The notes beneath the pieces were generated by a model. That model saw only the letters and a list, made by a program, of their open reading frames with translations, searched no databases and was not told the origin of the DNA. From the IMG/VR virus record IMGVR_UViG_3300037419_003075, positions 1-30,885 of that record: a stretch of DNA of 30,885 bases. The stretch is one strand, 5' to 3'. Positions 1-6,786 of this stretch are shown piece by piece (the stretch's first letter is position 1; each line of letters opens with the position of its first letter). The position numbers and the translations under genes were made by a program. This stretch comes from a virus (taxonomy: Duplodnaviria; Caudoviricetes).

Positions 1-1326
1 CTATTCTGCGCGCTTCTGGCCGGGGACAAGCTTCTCCGGCAGGAGCATGCCGGCGAGCGCGTTCTGGCCGTCGCGGAGCTTCTGCAGGTCCTCGTGGAGG
101 TAGATGCGGTTCGCGGCCGCGGTGGACTGGCCGAGGAACTTCATCCTGTGGACCTCGTCCATCGGGATCAAGGTGTTGGCGGTGTGGCGGGTGCCGTGGC
201 CGGTGATGAACGGCACGCCGGCGCGCTCCTGCGCGGCCGCCCACGCCTCGTTCTCGTACTCGCGGCGTATCGGCTTGCCAGTCCCGGTGGTCCAGACCAG
301 GCCCCAGGGGTTCGGCTCCCGATGGTCCAGGTAGGTGCGGAGCATGAAGGCGAACTCGGGCGGAAGCGGCTGGATGCGTGGCTTCTTCGTCTTGGGCCTC
401 ACCAGGGCGAGGTTGCCGTGAATCGGTGTCACCTCGTAGGTCTCGGGCGCGTCGAACCGGTCCGGGTCGCTGGAGTTCTTCATGCCGGGTTTGAGCGGCA
501 GCTGCTGCAGCTGCCAGGAGATGTCCCAGACGAGGTTCTCGAAGTCGATCCGGTCTTCGGTCATACCGAGCAGCTCGCCCTGACGCAGGCCGCTGACGTA
601 GCGAGCGGTCCAGAGCGTGACGAGCGGATCCTCGCATTCGAGGGCGGCAGTGAGGACCGTGCGCGCCTGCTCGTCTGTATGGGTGCCGCGCTCTTTGCTG
701 GTCGCCCGTGGCCGCTCGACGAGCGCGGCCACGTTCTCCCGGATGAGCTTCGGACGCTCCTTCAGTTCGTCGTCCAGCCAGTCACGCACCCGGTCATAGG
801 CAATCTGCTTCGTCCGCGACTGCCACTTCGGGACGTCGACCTCGAGCTCGTTTCCCTTCTCGTCGGTGACCGTCACGCGCTTCGTCTGGGCGTCCATCCA
901 GGTGAGCATGTAGTCGATGTGCTCGGTGGTGAGCGTCTTGAAATCGGCGCCGCCGATGCTCTGCGAGATTTGCTGGTTGATTGTCGAGAGCACGTTCTTG
1001 TAGTGGTTCGGGCCCCATCCGCGCTTCTTCTTCTCGGCCCAGCGCCGCATCCGGTCATCGACGCGGATCTTGGCCTTCGGGATCTGGGGGACACCGTTCT
1101 TGATGTCTTCCTTGAGCTTCTCGAGCTTCTCGATGCACTCACCCTTGTCGGCCGAGTAGACGGGGGAGGACCGCCGTCGCTTGCCGTCCGGGCCGGGCGG
1201 CAAGGGGACTCGGCCGACCCACACGCCGAGCTTCTCGTCGTAGTAGAGGCTGCCCTCCCCATACTGCCGCTTGCGCTTCTTCCCGGGAGTCTTGAAGCGC
1301 TGCTTCTTCGGGGCGGCGGATGGCAT
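1..1326 (-). CDS. int: Tyrosine integrase, 441 aa
   Basis: N-terminal arm-binding motif RRQYGEGSLY; catalytic motifs SGLRQGE (R), PKT (K), HGTRH (HxxR), FLGQS, RIYLH (Y); adjacent to a tRNA-derived att core. Confidence 0.96.
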   Translation of the reverse strand: MPSAAPKKQRFKTPGKKRKRQYGEGSLYYDEKLGVWVGRVPLPPGPDGKRRRSSPVYSADKGECIEKLEKLKEDIKNGVPQIPKAKIRVDDRMRRWAEKKKRGWGPNHYKNVLSTINQQISQSIGGADFKTLTTEHIDYMLTWMDAQTKRVTVTDEKGNELEVDVPKWQSRTKQIAYDRVRDWLDDELKERPKLIRENVAALVERPRATSKERGTHTDEQARTVLTAALECEDPLVTLWTARYVSGLRQGELLGMTEDRIDFENLVWDISWQLQQLPLKPGMKNSSDPDRFDAPETYEVTPIHGNLALVRPKTKKPRIQPLPPEFAFMLRTYLDHREPNPWGLVWTTGTGKPIRREYENEAWAAAQERAGVPFITGHGTRHTANTLIPMDEVHRMKFLGQSTAAANRIYLHEDLQKLRDGQNALAGMLLPEKLVPGQKRAE

Positions 1327-1412
1327 TGGCGGGTCCTCGAGGCTCTATTCTGGGTGCGTGGAGTCGCGGAGCTGGAAGCCGGTGGGAGACACTTCCCCGA
1401 TTTGCAGTTCCG

Positions 1413-1436
1413 ACTGTGGCCAATTACTGTGGCCAA
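1413..1436 (+). repeat. Integrase arm-type sites, left pair (ACTGTGGCCAA at 1413-1423 and 1426-1436)
   Basis: Two exact 11-mers in tandem, identical to the pair on the other side of the core. Confidence 0.85.
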
Positions 1437-1464
1437 TGGTACGGTATTGCACAACATCGTACCA
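1437..1464. promoter_or_regulatory. Imperfect palindrome (possible operator or hairpin) upstream of int
   Basis: TGGTACGGTATTG-CA-CAACATCGTACCA; arms match at 11 of 13 positions. Confidence 0.4.
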
Positions 1465-1527
1465 ACAGCCGTAAAGGCTCCAACCTCGAAAAACAGGATA
1501 ATGGCGGACATCGGAAATAGTGGGAAA

Positions 1528-1576
1528 TCAGCCTTCCAAGCTGATGGTGCGGGTTCGATTCCCGTCACCCGCTCCA
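1528..1576 (+). other. attP common core = 3' part of tRNA-Gly(TCC); not a complete tRNA
   Basis: Anticodon arm TCAGC-CTTCCAA-GCTGA, T arm GCGGG-TTCGATT-CCCGT, acceptor 3' strand CACCCGC-T-CCA; no D arm or 5' acceptor strand upstream. Confidence 0.92.
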
Positions 1577-1635
1577 CCTCGAAAGAGCATCTGACCAGCG
1601 CCGGAGCATCCTCCGGCCTCAACCTCCCCGCCGAC

Positions 1636-1658
1636 ACTGTGGCCAAAACTGTGGCCAA
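1636..1658 (+). repeat. Integrase arm-type sites, right pair (ACTGTGGCCAA at 1636-1646 and 1648-1658)
   Basis: Two exact 11-mers in the same orientation as the left pair. Confidence 0.85.
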
Positions 1659-1797
1659 CAGGATTCCGGCGGAAACCTCTCTGACCAGCGCCGATCCCGG
1701 GCCGAATTCAGCTCCTTCGGCGGAGCGAATTCAGGCCGAGGCCGACTCGAGCCCCGAGTGGGAGATCCAGGCCCGGCGTCTCGGTCGTGTGCCCACG

Positions 1798-2283
1798 ATG
1801 ATCGGCGACTGGTACGGCGACGCCGACTATCTCGTCGCGCGGCTGCGGCGCGCGCTCGGCGCCGCGCGTGACCACGCCGCCGAATTCCGCACCGGCGAGT
1901 TCGAGGACGGGCGCTTGGCCGACTCGGTCGAGCTCGAACTCCTGCGCGCCGATATCGACAAGCTGATTTCCGAGCTCCGGCCCTACGGTCGTGCGGGCGA
2001 GGAGATGCTGGCTATCCTTCGACGGCTCGCACCGACCCTGACGTGGGTGCAGAGCGCCGGTGGTCTTCTAGGTATGGCGCTGAACGCCGAGGCCGAACGG
2101 GACATCGACGGCACTGCCGCCCATCTGCGTCTGCGCGAGGACGTGGAGCGGGGCGAGCGTTTCACCGGTGTCCGGTACTGGGTCGGCATGCACGAGGGCT
2201 GGCGGGTCACCATCAGCTGCCCGATGATGCATCGCCGGGTGATGCATGACGCGGTGACGCATGCATCGGAGCGTGACGCATGA
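1798..2283 (+). CDS. Hypothetical protein; start uncertain (in-frame alternatives at 1501, 1639, 1651, 1789)
   Basis: 3' part of ORF 94..2283 has GC-rich third codon positions; its stop overlaps the next start (ATGA at 2280-2283). Confidence 0.65.
   Translation: MIGDWYGDADYLVARLRRALGAARDHAAEFRTGEFEDGRLADSVELELLRADIDKLISELRPYGRAGEEMLAILRRLAPTLTWVQSAGGLLGMALNAEAERDIDGTAAHLRLREDVERGERFTGVRYWVGMHEGWRVTISCPMMHRRVMHDAVTHASERDA
2225..2281 (+). repeat. TGAYGCAT repeat array, possible operator
   Basis: Copies start at 2225, 2240, 2255 and 2274; the last overlaps the ATG at 2280. Confidence 0.6.
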
Positions 2284-3134
2284 GCCGCGCCCTGTCGATC
2301 GTCGGCGAGAACGCCGACAACACACCGCTATGCACCATGCCCATCGCCCGGGGCAAGACGTGCCCCGAGCCGGTCGTCCTCACCGGAAAGCCCGGACAGA
2401 AGCCGGCGTTCTGCGCCAACCCGGACCACAACTCCGCGGCCAAGTACCGCCTCGGCCAGAAGTGGAAACAGGAGGACAGGGCGAGGGAGGCAGCTCAGAC
2501 ACTCCCGTTGGCCGACCGACCGATCTCCGATTCCGCATCGCGGATGGTTGATGTGGCCGCCGAGCTCACACGTGTGGTCGGCGAAGCCCGCGCTCTCATG
2601 GAGGACGCGCGCGAGCTCGCAACGGTGGCCACCGACCAGGAAGCGATGCAACGCGAGATCTTGGTTGTGCAGCGAGACGCCGACGTTCGCGTCGCGCAGG
2701 CCGAATCGGCGCAAGCCGACGCCGAGCGGCGCGCCGGAATTCTGGCCGCAGAACGGGACCAGGCAGAGGCCTTAGCTCAGGACGCGTGCGACGCCGCCGA
2801 CGAAGCCATCGCCGCGCGAGCCGAAGCCGAGGCGCAGGTTGCCAAGGTGAGGGAGGAGCTGCGAAAGGTCGGCTCCGAGCTGCAGGGAATGCGCAAAGCG
2901 CTGGACCAAGCCGTGCAGGATCGCGACGCCGCCCAGCAGCAAGTGGCCGACCTGCAGGAGAAACACCTCGACGCCCTGACCGAGGCCCACGCCCGGGCGG
3001 ATCAGGCTGCACGAGAGATGCGTCAGCAACACGCGCAGGAATTCGGCAATCTGCGCGCGGAACGCAATGAGTTGCAGCGCAAGGTGGACGAGGCATGGAA
3101 AGAGCTCGGCGAGCTCCGGAATCGGGGCCGGTGA
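2280..3134 (+). CDS. Protein with N-terminal Cys/His (putative Zn-binding) motif and a long coiled coil, 284 aa
   Basis: C-x9-C...PGQKPAFC-x4-H head followed by about 200 aa rich in A/E/Q/R with heptad-like character. Confidence 0.85.
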   Translation: MSRALSIVGENADNTPLCTMPIARGKTCPEPVVLTGKPGQKPAFCANPDHNSAAKYRLGQKWKQEDRAREAAQTLPLADRPISDSASRMVDVAAELTRVVGEARALMEDARELATVATDQEAMQREILVVQRDADVRVAQAESAQADAERRAGILAAERDQAEALAQDACDAADEAIAARAEAEAQVAKVREELRKVGSELQGMRKALDQAVQDRDAAQQQVADLQEKHLDALTEAHARADQAAREMRQQHAQEFGNLRAERNELQRKVDEAWKELGELRNRGR

Positions 3135-3259
3135 TGCGCGGCCGGGCGATCATGGCGTCGCTCGCCGCGGCCGTGGTCCTGGGCACCGGATCGGGGTGGA
3201 TAGCCACCAATGCCAGCGCCGTGCCGGCTCACCACATCGCCGATCTCGGCGCCGACTGA
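3134..3259 (+). CDS. Small secreted pro-peptide, 41 aa (MRGRAIMASLAAAVVLGTGSGWIATNASAVPAHHIADLGAD); not in the ORF track
   Basis: TGATG overlap with the upstream stop; GC-rich third positions; basic n-region, hydrophobic h-region and A-S-A signal peptidase I motif. Confidence 0.7.
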   Translation: MRGRAIMASLAAAVVLGTGSGWIATNASAVPAHHIADLGAD

Positions 3260-3400
3260 CGGCTGGTCCGAAATCAACTGCCTCCCATAAACGTCCACTT
3301 CATCAACAACGTGTCCTTTTCGACACATGCGCAATCCCGCGCACGAATCCGACCCGGTGCGTAAACCATGGGCACCATTCACCTCTGAGGAGAATTCGAG

Positions 3401-3823
3401 ATGATCACCACCCGTATCGCCGCCGCAGCGGTGCTCGCCATCGCCGCGATGACCGCCGCGGGAACCGGTGTCGCCAACGCGACTCCGGCCAGCCCCGCCG
3501 TGCAGCCGGTCGCATCCGTGCAGGAGAACCATGCCGCCGAAGAGCAGTTCCTGACCGAATTCGGCATCGCTACTGCGGTCGGAGGCTTCGCCGGCACCGC
3601 GACCGGCGCGATCATCGGCTGCGCGGTGGGCGGCGTGGTCACCAGCCCCACGCTGGTTTTCGTCCCCGCCGGCTGCCTCGCGGGCGCGGTGCCCGGCGCG
3701 GCGATCGGCGGAATCGTGGGCACCATCGCGGTGGGAGGCCCCACCCTCGTGGTGTCGGGGGCGGATCTGATCCAGACCTTGGCGGCCGCGCCGGGGACCA
3801 CCAAGTGGGTGCCCGTGCGGTGA
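3401..3823 (+). CDS. Secreted glycine-zipper protein with a Cys pair, 140 aa
   Basis: RBS GAGGAG; signal peptide ending ANA; GxxxG runs flanking GC...GC. Confidence 0.88.
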   Translation: MITTRIAAAAVLAIAAMTAAGTGVANATPASPAVQPVASVQENHAAEEQFLTEFGIATAVGGFAGTATGAIIGCAVGGVVTSPTLVFVPAGCLAGAVPGAAIGGIVGTIAVGGPTLVVSGADLIQTLAAAPGTTKWVPVR

Positions 3824-3843
3824 ACGGCTGCTGAAACCACGAA

Positions 3844-3887
3844 AAGGCGCCCCAGCGGCATCCTCTCGGATGCGGCTGGGGCGCCTT
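3844..3887. terminator. Probable bidirectional intrinsic terminator between convergent transcription units
   Basis: Stem AAGGCGCCCCAGC-g-GCATCC / loop TCTC / GGATGC-g-GCTGGGGCGCCTT; A tract on the left gives a U tract for the minus strand. Confidence 0.85.
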
Positions 3888-3900
3888 CGTGTGTATCGGG

Positions 3901-5628
3901 TCAGCTCTGTTGTGCAGTGAGCGTTCGGTCGTCCGCGGGGACGGCCAGCGTCCGGTCGTCGGGGCCTACGATGAGCGTGCGGTCATCGGTTCCGATGTGA
4001 AGGACGCGCTCGAGCGGCGTTTGCGGAACGGGCTGACCGACGATCCATGCCGATGCCGGCAGGTGCGCGGTGACTGGGCGCACTACGTCGACGCGCAGTG
4101 CCGCCGACATGACCGCGGTGAGCCCCGCCGTCACGGCGGTGGCCGCATCGACGGGAGCGACGCGGGCCATGTCCGCCGTCGGGTTGGCGGTCACCGCCAG
4201 CGCGCCGTTCGCGGTTTTCACACCGGAGGCCGTCTTGACCACGCTGGCTGGCAATGCGGCCGTCGCCGAGGTGATTTCCGCCGCGATGAGCGTTGCGAAC
4301 CGCGCCGTTCGGCCGACCACGACCTGCGTGTCCAGCGCGGCGATGGGCCGCGTGGTGGACATTGTGGCGGACAGGACCGCAGTGGCCTGCAGCGCCACAT
4401 TCGCCGGGGTGCTGGTCACCGCCGTCAGGCCCGCGGTCACGGAAAGAGCGGCGACAGCGGTGGTCTGGCGGGCCGTGTCGCCTGTGAGCGCGGCGGTCAC
4501 CGGGAGCGGGGCCGCCCCGGTGGTGTCGAGCCGGGCGTCGGAGGTGACTACTGCTGACGCCGTGAGGGCGGCGTCGATGATCGGCCCGTCCACCGCTGTG
4601 GCCGAGGTGGCCGCGGTGATCACCGTGGGTGCATCGCCGTTGGTGAAAAGCAATACGGCAGAGGTGATTCCAACTGTGACGGTGGTGTCCCCGCCAGCGC
4701 CGTAGTTGGCCACGGCCGCTGCTGTGGTGACGTCAACTGCTGCGGTGTCCGCGCCGATGTAGGTGGTTCGGTTCAGCGTGCCGGTCAGCCCAGCTGTGAC
4801 AGCTGTCGAGGCCGTGGTGTTCGCTGTGCGCTGCGCGCCTGCGGTGAGGCTGGCCGTGCCGCTGGTCGACGCACTCGCCGGGTGGCCGGCGCTGGAGTCG
4901 GCGGTCGTTGTCGCGGTGACCGTCGTCGACGCGTCCGCGTTGATCGCCGCATGGGGTTGAGCGATCGCGATGGCGGACGCGTAGTGCGAGGTGGTGTTCG
5001 ACGAGGAAGTGCAGCTGACAGCCCCGTAGGTTCCCGCGACGGTCTGAGCGTCGGTCGCCGCGGTCATGCCGATGTATGTCGACGCTGTCGACCACTGCGC
5101 CGCCGTGTCCAGCTGCTCGACCGTCGGCGATGCCCACGTGTGGGTGTAGCTGGAATTGCCCGCGGCATTCTGGCTGGTCGACATCAGCAGCAGCGCGCAC
5201 TGCGGGGCCGTCGAGGTGACCGCTGGTGTACCGGCTGCGGTGGACGAGACGGCGTTGTAGCTGACCGCCACCTGGTTGATCGGCGCGGTCGGATGCACGG
5301 ACGCACCTGTGTAGGCGTGCATCTGACCGAGGGCGAACATGTTGGTGCCCGTCGATGCCGTCACTGTGACGCTGGTTTCCGTTGATCGGAATCGCCAGAA
5401 GATGGCGGTGAGGTTGCCGGCGGTGGCGCTGTTGTCCTGGGTGCTCGCCAGCGTCCACCCGGTTGGGGTCGTGACGGTGAAGGCGCCGGCGGAGGTGCGG
5501 CGGAACGTCACGCTCATGACGAGCAGGTCCCCGCTGGCCGACCCGGTGGGGTAGTTGATGCTCAGGCTCGCCGAGGCGAAGAAGAGGTTGGAGGCGGACG
5601 AGTTGGCGATATAGGTTGGTGCGCTCAC
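3901..5628 (-). CDS. Putative virion fibre protein with an approximately 20-aa repeat shaft, 575 aa
   Basis: N-terminal beta-rich domain (PTGSASGDLLV...TPTGWT), Ala/Thr/Val repeats, C-terminal DDRTL x3; last gene of the late operon. Confidence 0.75.
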   Translation of the reverse strand: MSAPTYIANSSASNLFFASASLSINYPTGSASGDLLVMSVTFRRTSAGAFTVTTPTGWTLASTQDNSATAGNLTAIFWRFRSTETSVTVTASTGTNMFALGQMHAYTGASVHPTAPINQVAVSYNAVSSTAAGTPAVTSTAPQCALLLMSTSQNAAGNSSYTHTWASPTVEQLDTAAQWSTASTYIGMTAATDAQTVAGTYGAVSCTSSSNTTSHYASAIAIAQPHAAINADASTTVTATTTADSSAGHPASASTSGTASLTAGAQRTANTTASTAVTAGLTGTLNRTTYIGADTAAVDVTTAAAVANYGAGGDTTVTVGITSAVLLFTNGDAPTVITAATSATAVDGPIIDAALTASAVVTSDARLDTTGAAPLPVTAALTGDTARQTTAVAALSVTAGLTAVTSTPANVALQATAVLSATMSTTRPIAALDTQVVVGRTARFATLIAAEITSATAALPASVVKTASGVKTANGALAVTANPTADMARVAPVDAATAVTAGLTAVMSAALRVDVVRPVTAHLPASAWIVGQPVPQTPLERVLHIGTDDRTLIVGPDDRTLAVPADDRTLTAQQS

Positions 5629-5648
5629 CGCGTCACCCCCTCACTGGG

Positions 5649-6038
5649 TCAGGCGGCCAGCGGTGTCAGGGAGAATCCGAGGCTCGTCAGGGTCAAGGTG
5701 TCGCCGGAGACGACTGCCTTGCTGGCGCTGAGCTGTGCGGACCAGAGGAAGTTCCCGGAAGTGCTTGCGTCCCACACCGATACGTGGGAAATGGTTTCCG
5801 AGGCGGTCATCGTCCACGAAGGGTTGGTCCCGGTGAGGGCGATCGCTCCGGACGCGGCAGCGGCGAATGTGGCCTGGGCTCGGGTGGTGACGGCGGAGGC
5901 GTTGGCGGTGCCGGCGCTGCCGGGGTCGCCGATGTGCAGCTTCACATACAGACCGGACGGTTGTGTCCATGCGGTGCCGCCGCGCAGATGATCGAGGATC
6001 TTGTTCGCCAGGTTGGCGGTGTTGATTCCGACGGTCAT
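5649..6038 (-). CDS. Small virion fibre-associated structural protein, 129 aa
   Basis: RBS GGAGGA; YVKLHIGDPG...SVWDASTSGNFL pattern typical of actinophage fibre modules. Confidence 0.8.
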   Translation of the reverse strand: MTVGINTANLANKILDHLRGGTAWTQPSGLYVKLHIGDPGSAGTANASAVTTRAQATFAAAASGAIALTGTNPSWTMTASETISHVSVWDASTSGNFLWSAQLSASKAVVSGDTLTLTSLGFSLTPLAA

Positions 6039-6041
6039 GGG

Positions 6042-6134
6042 TCAGTCCTCCTGTGTTTCGTCTTCATCGGTGGTGCCGTCGGCGTGAGTCACCACGGCTG
6101 TGGCGTGGAAGCTGGATTCGAAAGCGGCGGTCAT
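6042..6134 (-). CDS. Micro-ORF, 30 aa (MTAAFESSFHATAVVTHADGTTDEDETQED); not in the ORF track
   Basis: Fills the intergenic gap; GGAGAGGTG upstream; its 3' end contains the RBS of the next gene. Confidence 0.6.
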   Translation of the reverse strand: MTAAFESSFHATAVVTHADGTTDEDETQED

Positions 6135-6141
6135 CGCTCGC

Positions 6142-6453
6142 TCACCTCTCCTGGACGTAGATGGACATGCGCCGAACATCGGTGCGCGACAACGTGGTTG
6201 TGATTTGGCAGGCGACCTCGTAGGTCGCCGAGACGGTGCCGCCGGACAGCCAGACGACGACGTCCTTGCCGTCGGGGGTGATCTCGGATTGCTCGACCGT
6301 CAGACCTGCCGGGGAGACGGTGATGTCGTGGGTGGTGATGGTCTCGACGTCTTCCAGCCACGGAGGGGTCTTCTGGAACGGGCCCGGCCCCCAGCGGAAG
6401 CGGTAGTCCAGGACGGCGGCCGGGTCTTTCGGCTTCGGTGCGTCGGGGACCAT
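6142..6453 (-). CDS. Putative fibre-tail adaptor protein, 103 aa
   Basis: KDPAAVLDYRFRW...VVVWLSGGT...TTTLSRTD motif; TGATG coupling at 6451-6455. Confidence 0.75.
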   Translation of the reverse strand: MVPDAPKPKDPAAVLDYRFRWGPGPFQKTPPWLEDVETITTHDITVSPAGLTVEQSEITPDGKDVVVWLSGGTVSATYEVACQITTTLSRTDVRRMSIYVQER

Positions 6454-6773
6454 CAGGACCCCTCGAGCAGTTCGTAGCCCGGCTGGCCGAGCATCAGCAA
6501 CGCCAGCCAGCAGGCGTAGCGGAACCCGTCGTCTGTGTCGGATCCGGGGTGGGTGACATACGAGCCAGGGCGCCGCTTCAACGAAGACTCTGCGCAGGCA
6601 CCGGTTTCCGTTGCCGGAAAGATCATCGCTTCGGGCAGAGTGATCGAGCCGAATGCTGGTGCGACACAGACGGTGACGTAGTCGTTGCCTTCGTACGGCG
6701 GGTCGACCGCGAAGCAACGCGCCCGGCCTATGTATCCGCTGACTTCTTCGATATGCACTGTGGCAGTGGGCAT
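6453..6773 (-). CDS. Hypothetical protein, 106 aa
   Basis: RBS AGGGAG; in operon and coupled to the downstream gene. Confidence 0.75.
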   Translation of the reverse strand: MPTATVHIEEVSGYIGRARCFAVDPPYEGNDYVTVCVAPAFGSITLPEAMIFPATETGACAESSLKRRPGSYVTHPGSDTDDGFRYACWLALLMLGQPGYELLEGS

Positions 6774-6786
6774 TTCGCTCCCTTGA

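Noticed and set aside
1-60. ssrA-like degradation tag on the integrase (integration-dependent immunity type)
   Set aside because: The C-terminus is QKRAE, the integrase retains an N-terminal arm-binding domain, and no repressor gene overlaps attP
94-1500. 5' part of the 729-aa plus-strand ORF as a real protein
   Set aside because: It is the antisense shadow of the integrase, typical of GC-rich codon bias, with no protein-like motifs
1500-1576. Complete tRNA-Gly gene
   Set aside because: Only the anticodon arm to CCA is present; upstream bases give no D arm or matching 5' acceptor strand
1413-1658. ACTGTGGCCAA or TGAYGCAT repeats as a CRISPR array
   Set aside because: Repeats are too short, lack regular unique spacers, and no cas genes are present
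2280-3134. AimR/RRNPP-type receptor or SMC ATPase
   Set aside because: No HTH-TPR pattern and no Walker motifs; it is a plain coiled coil with a Cys/His head
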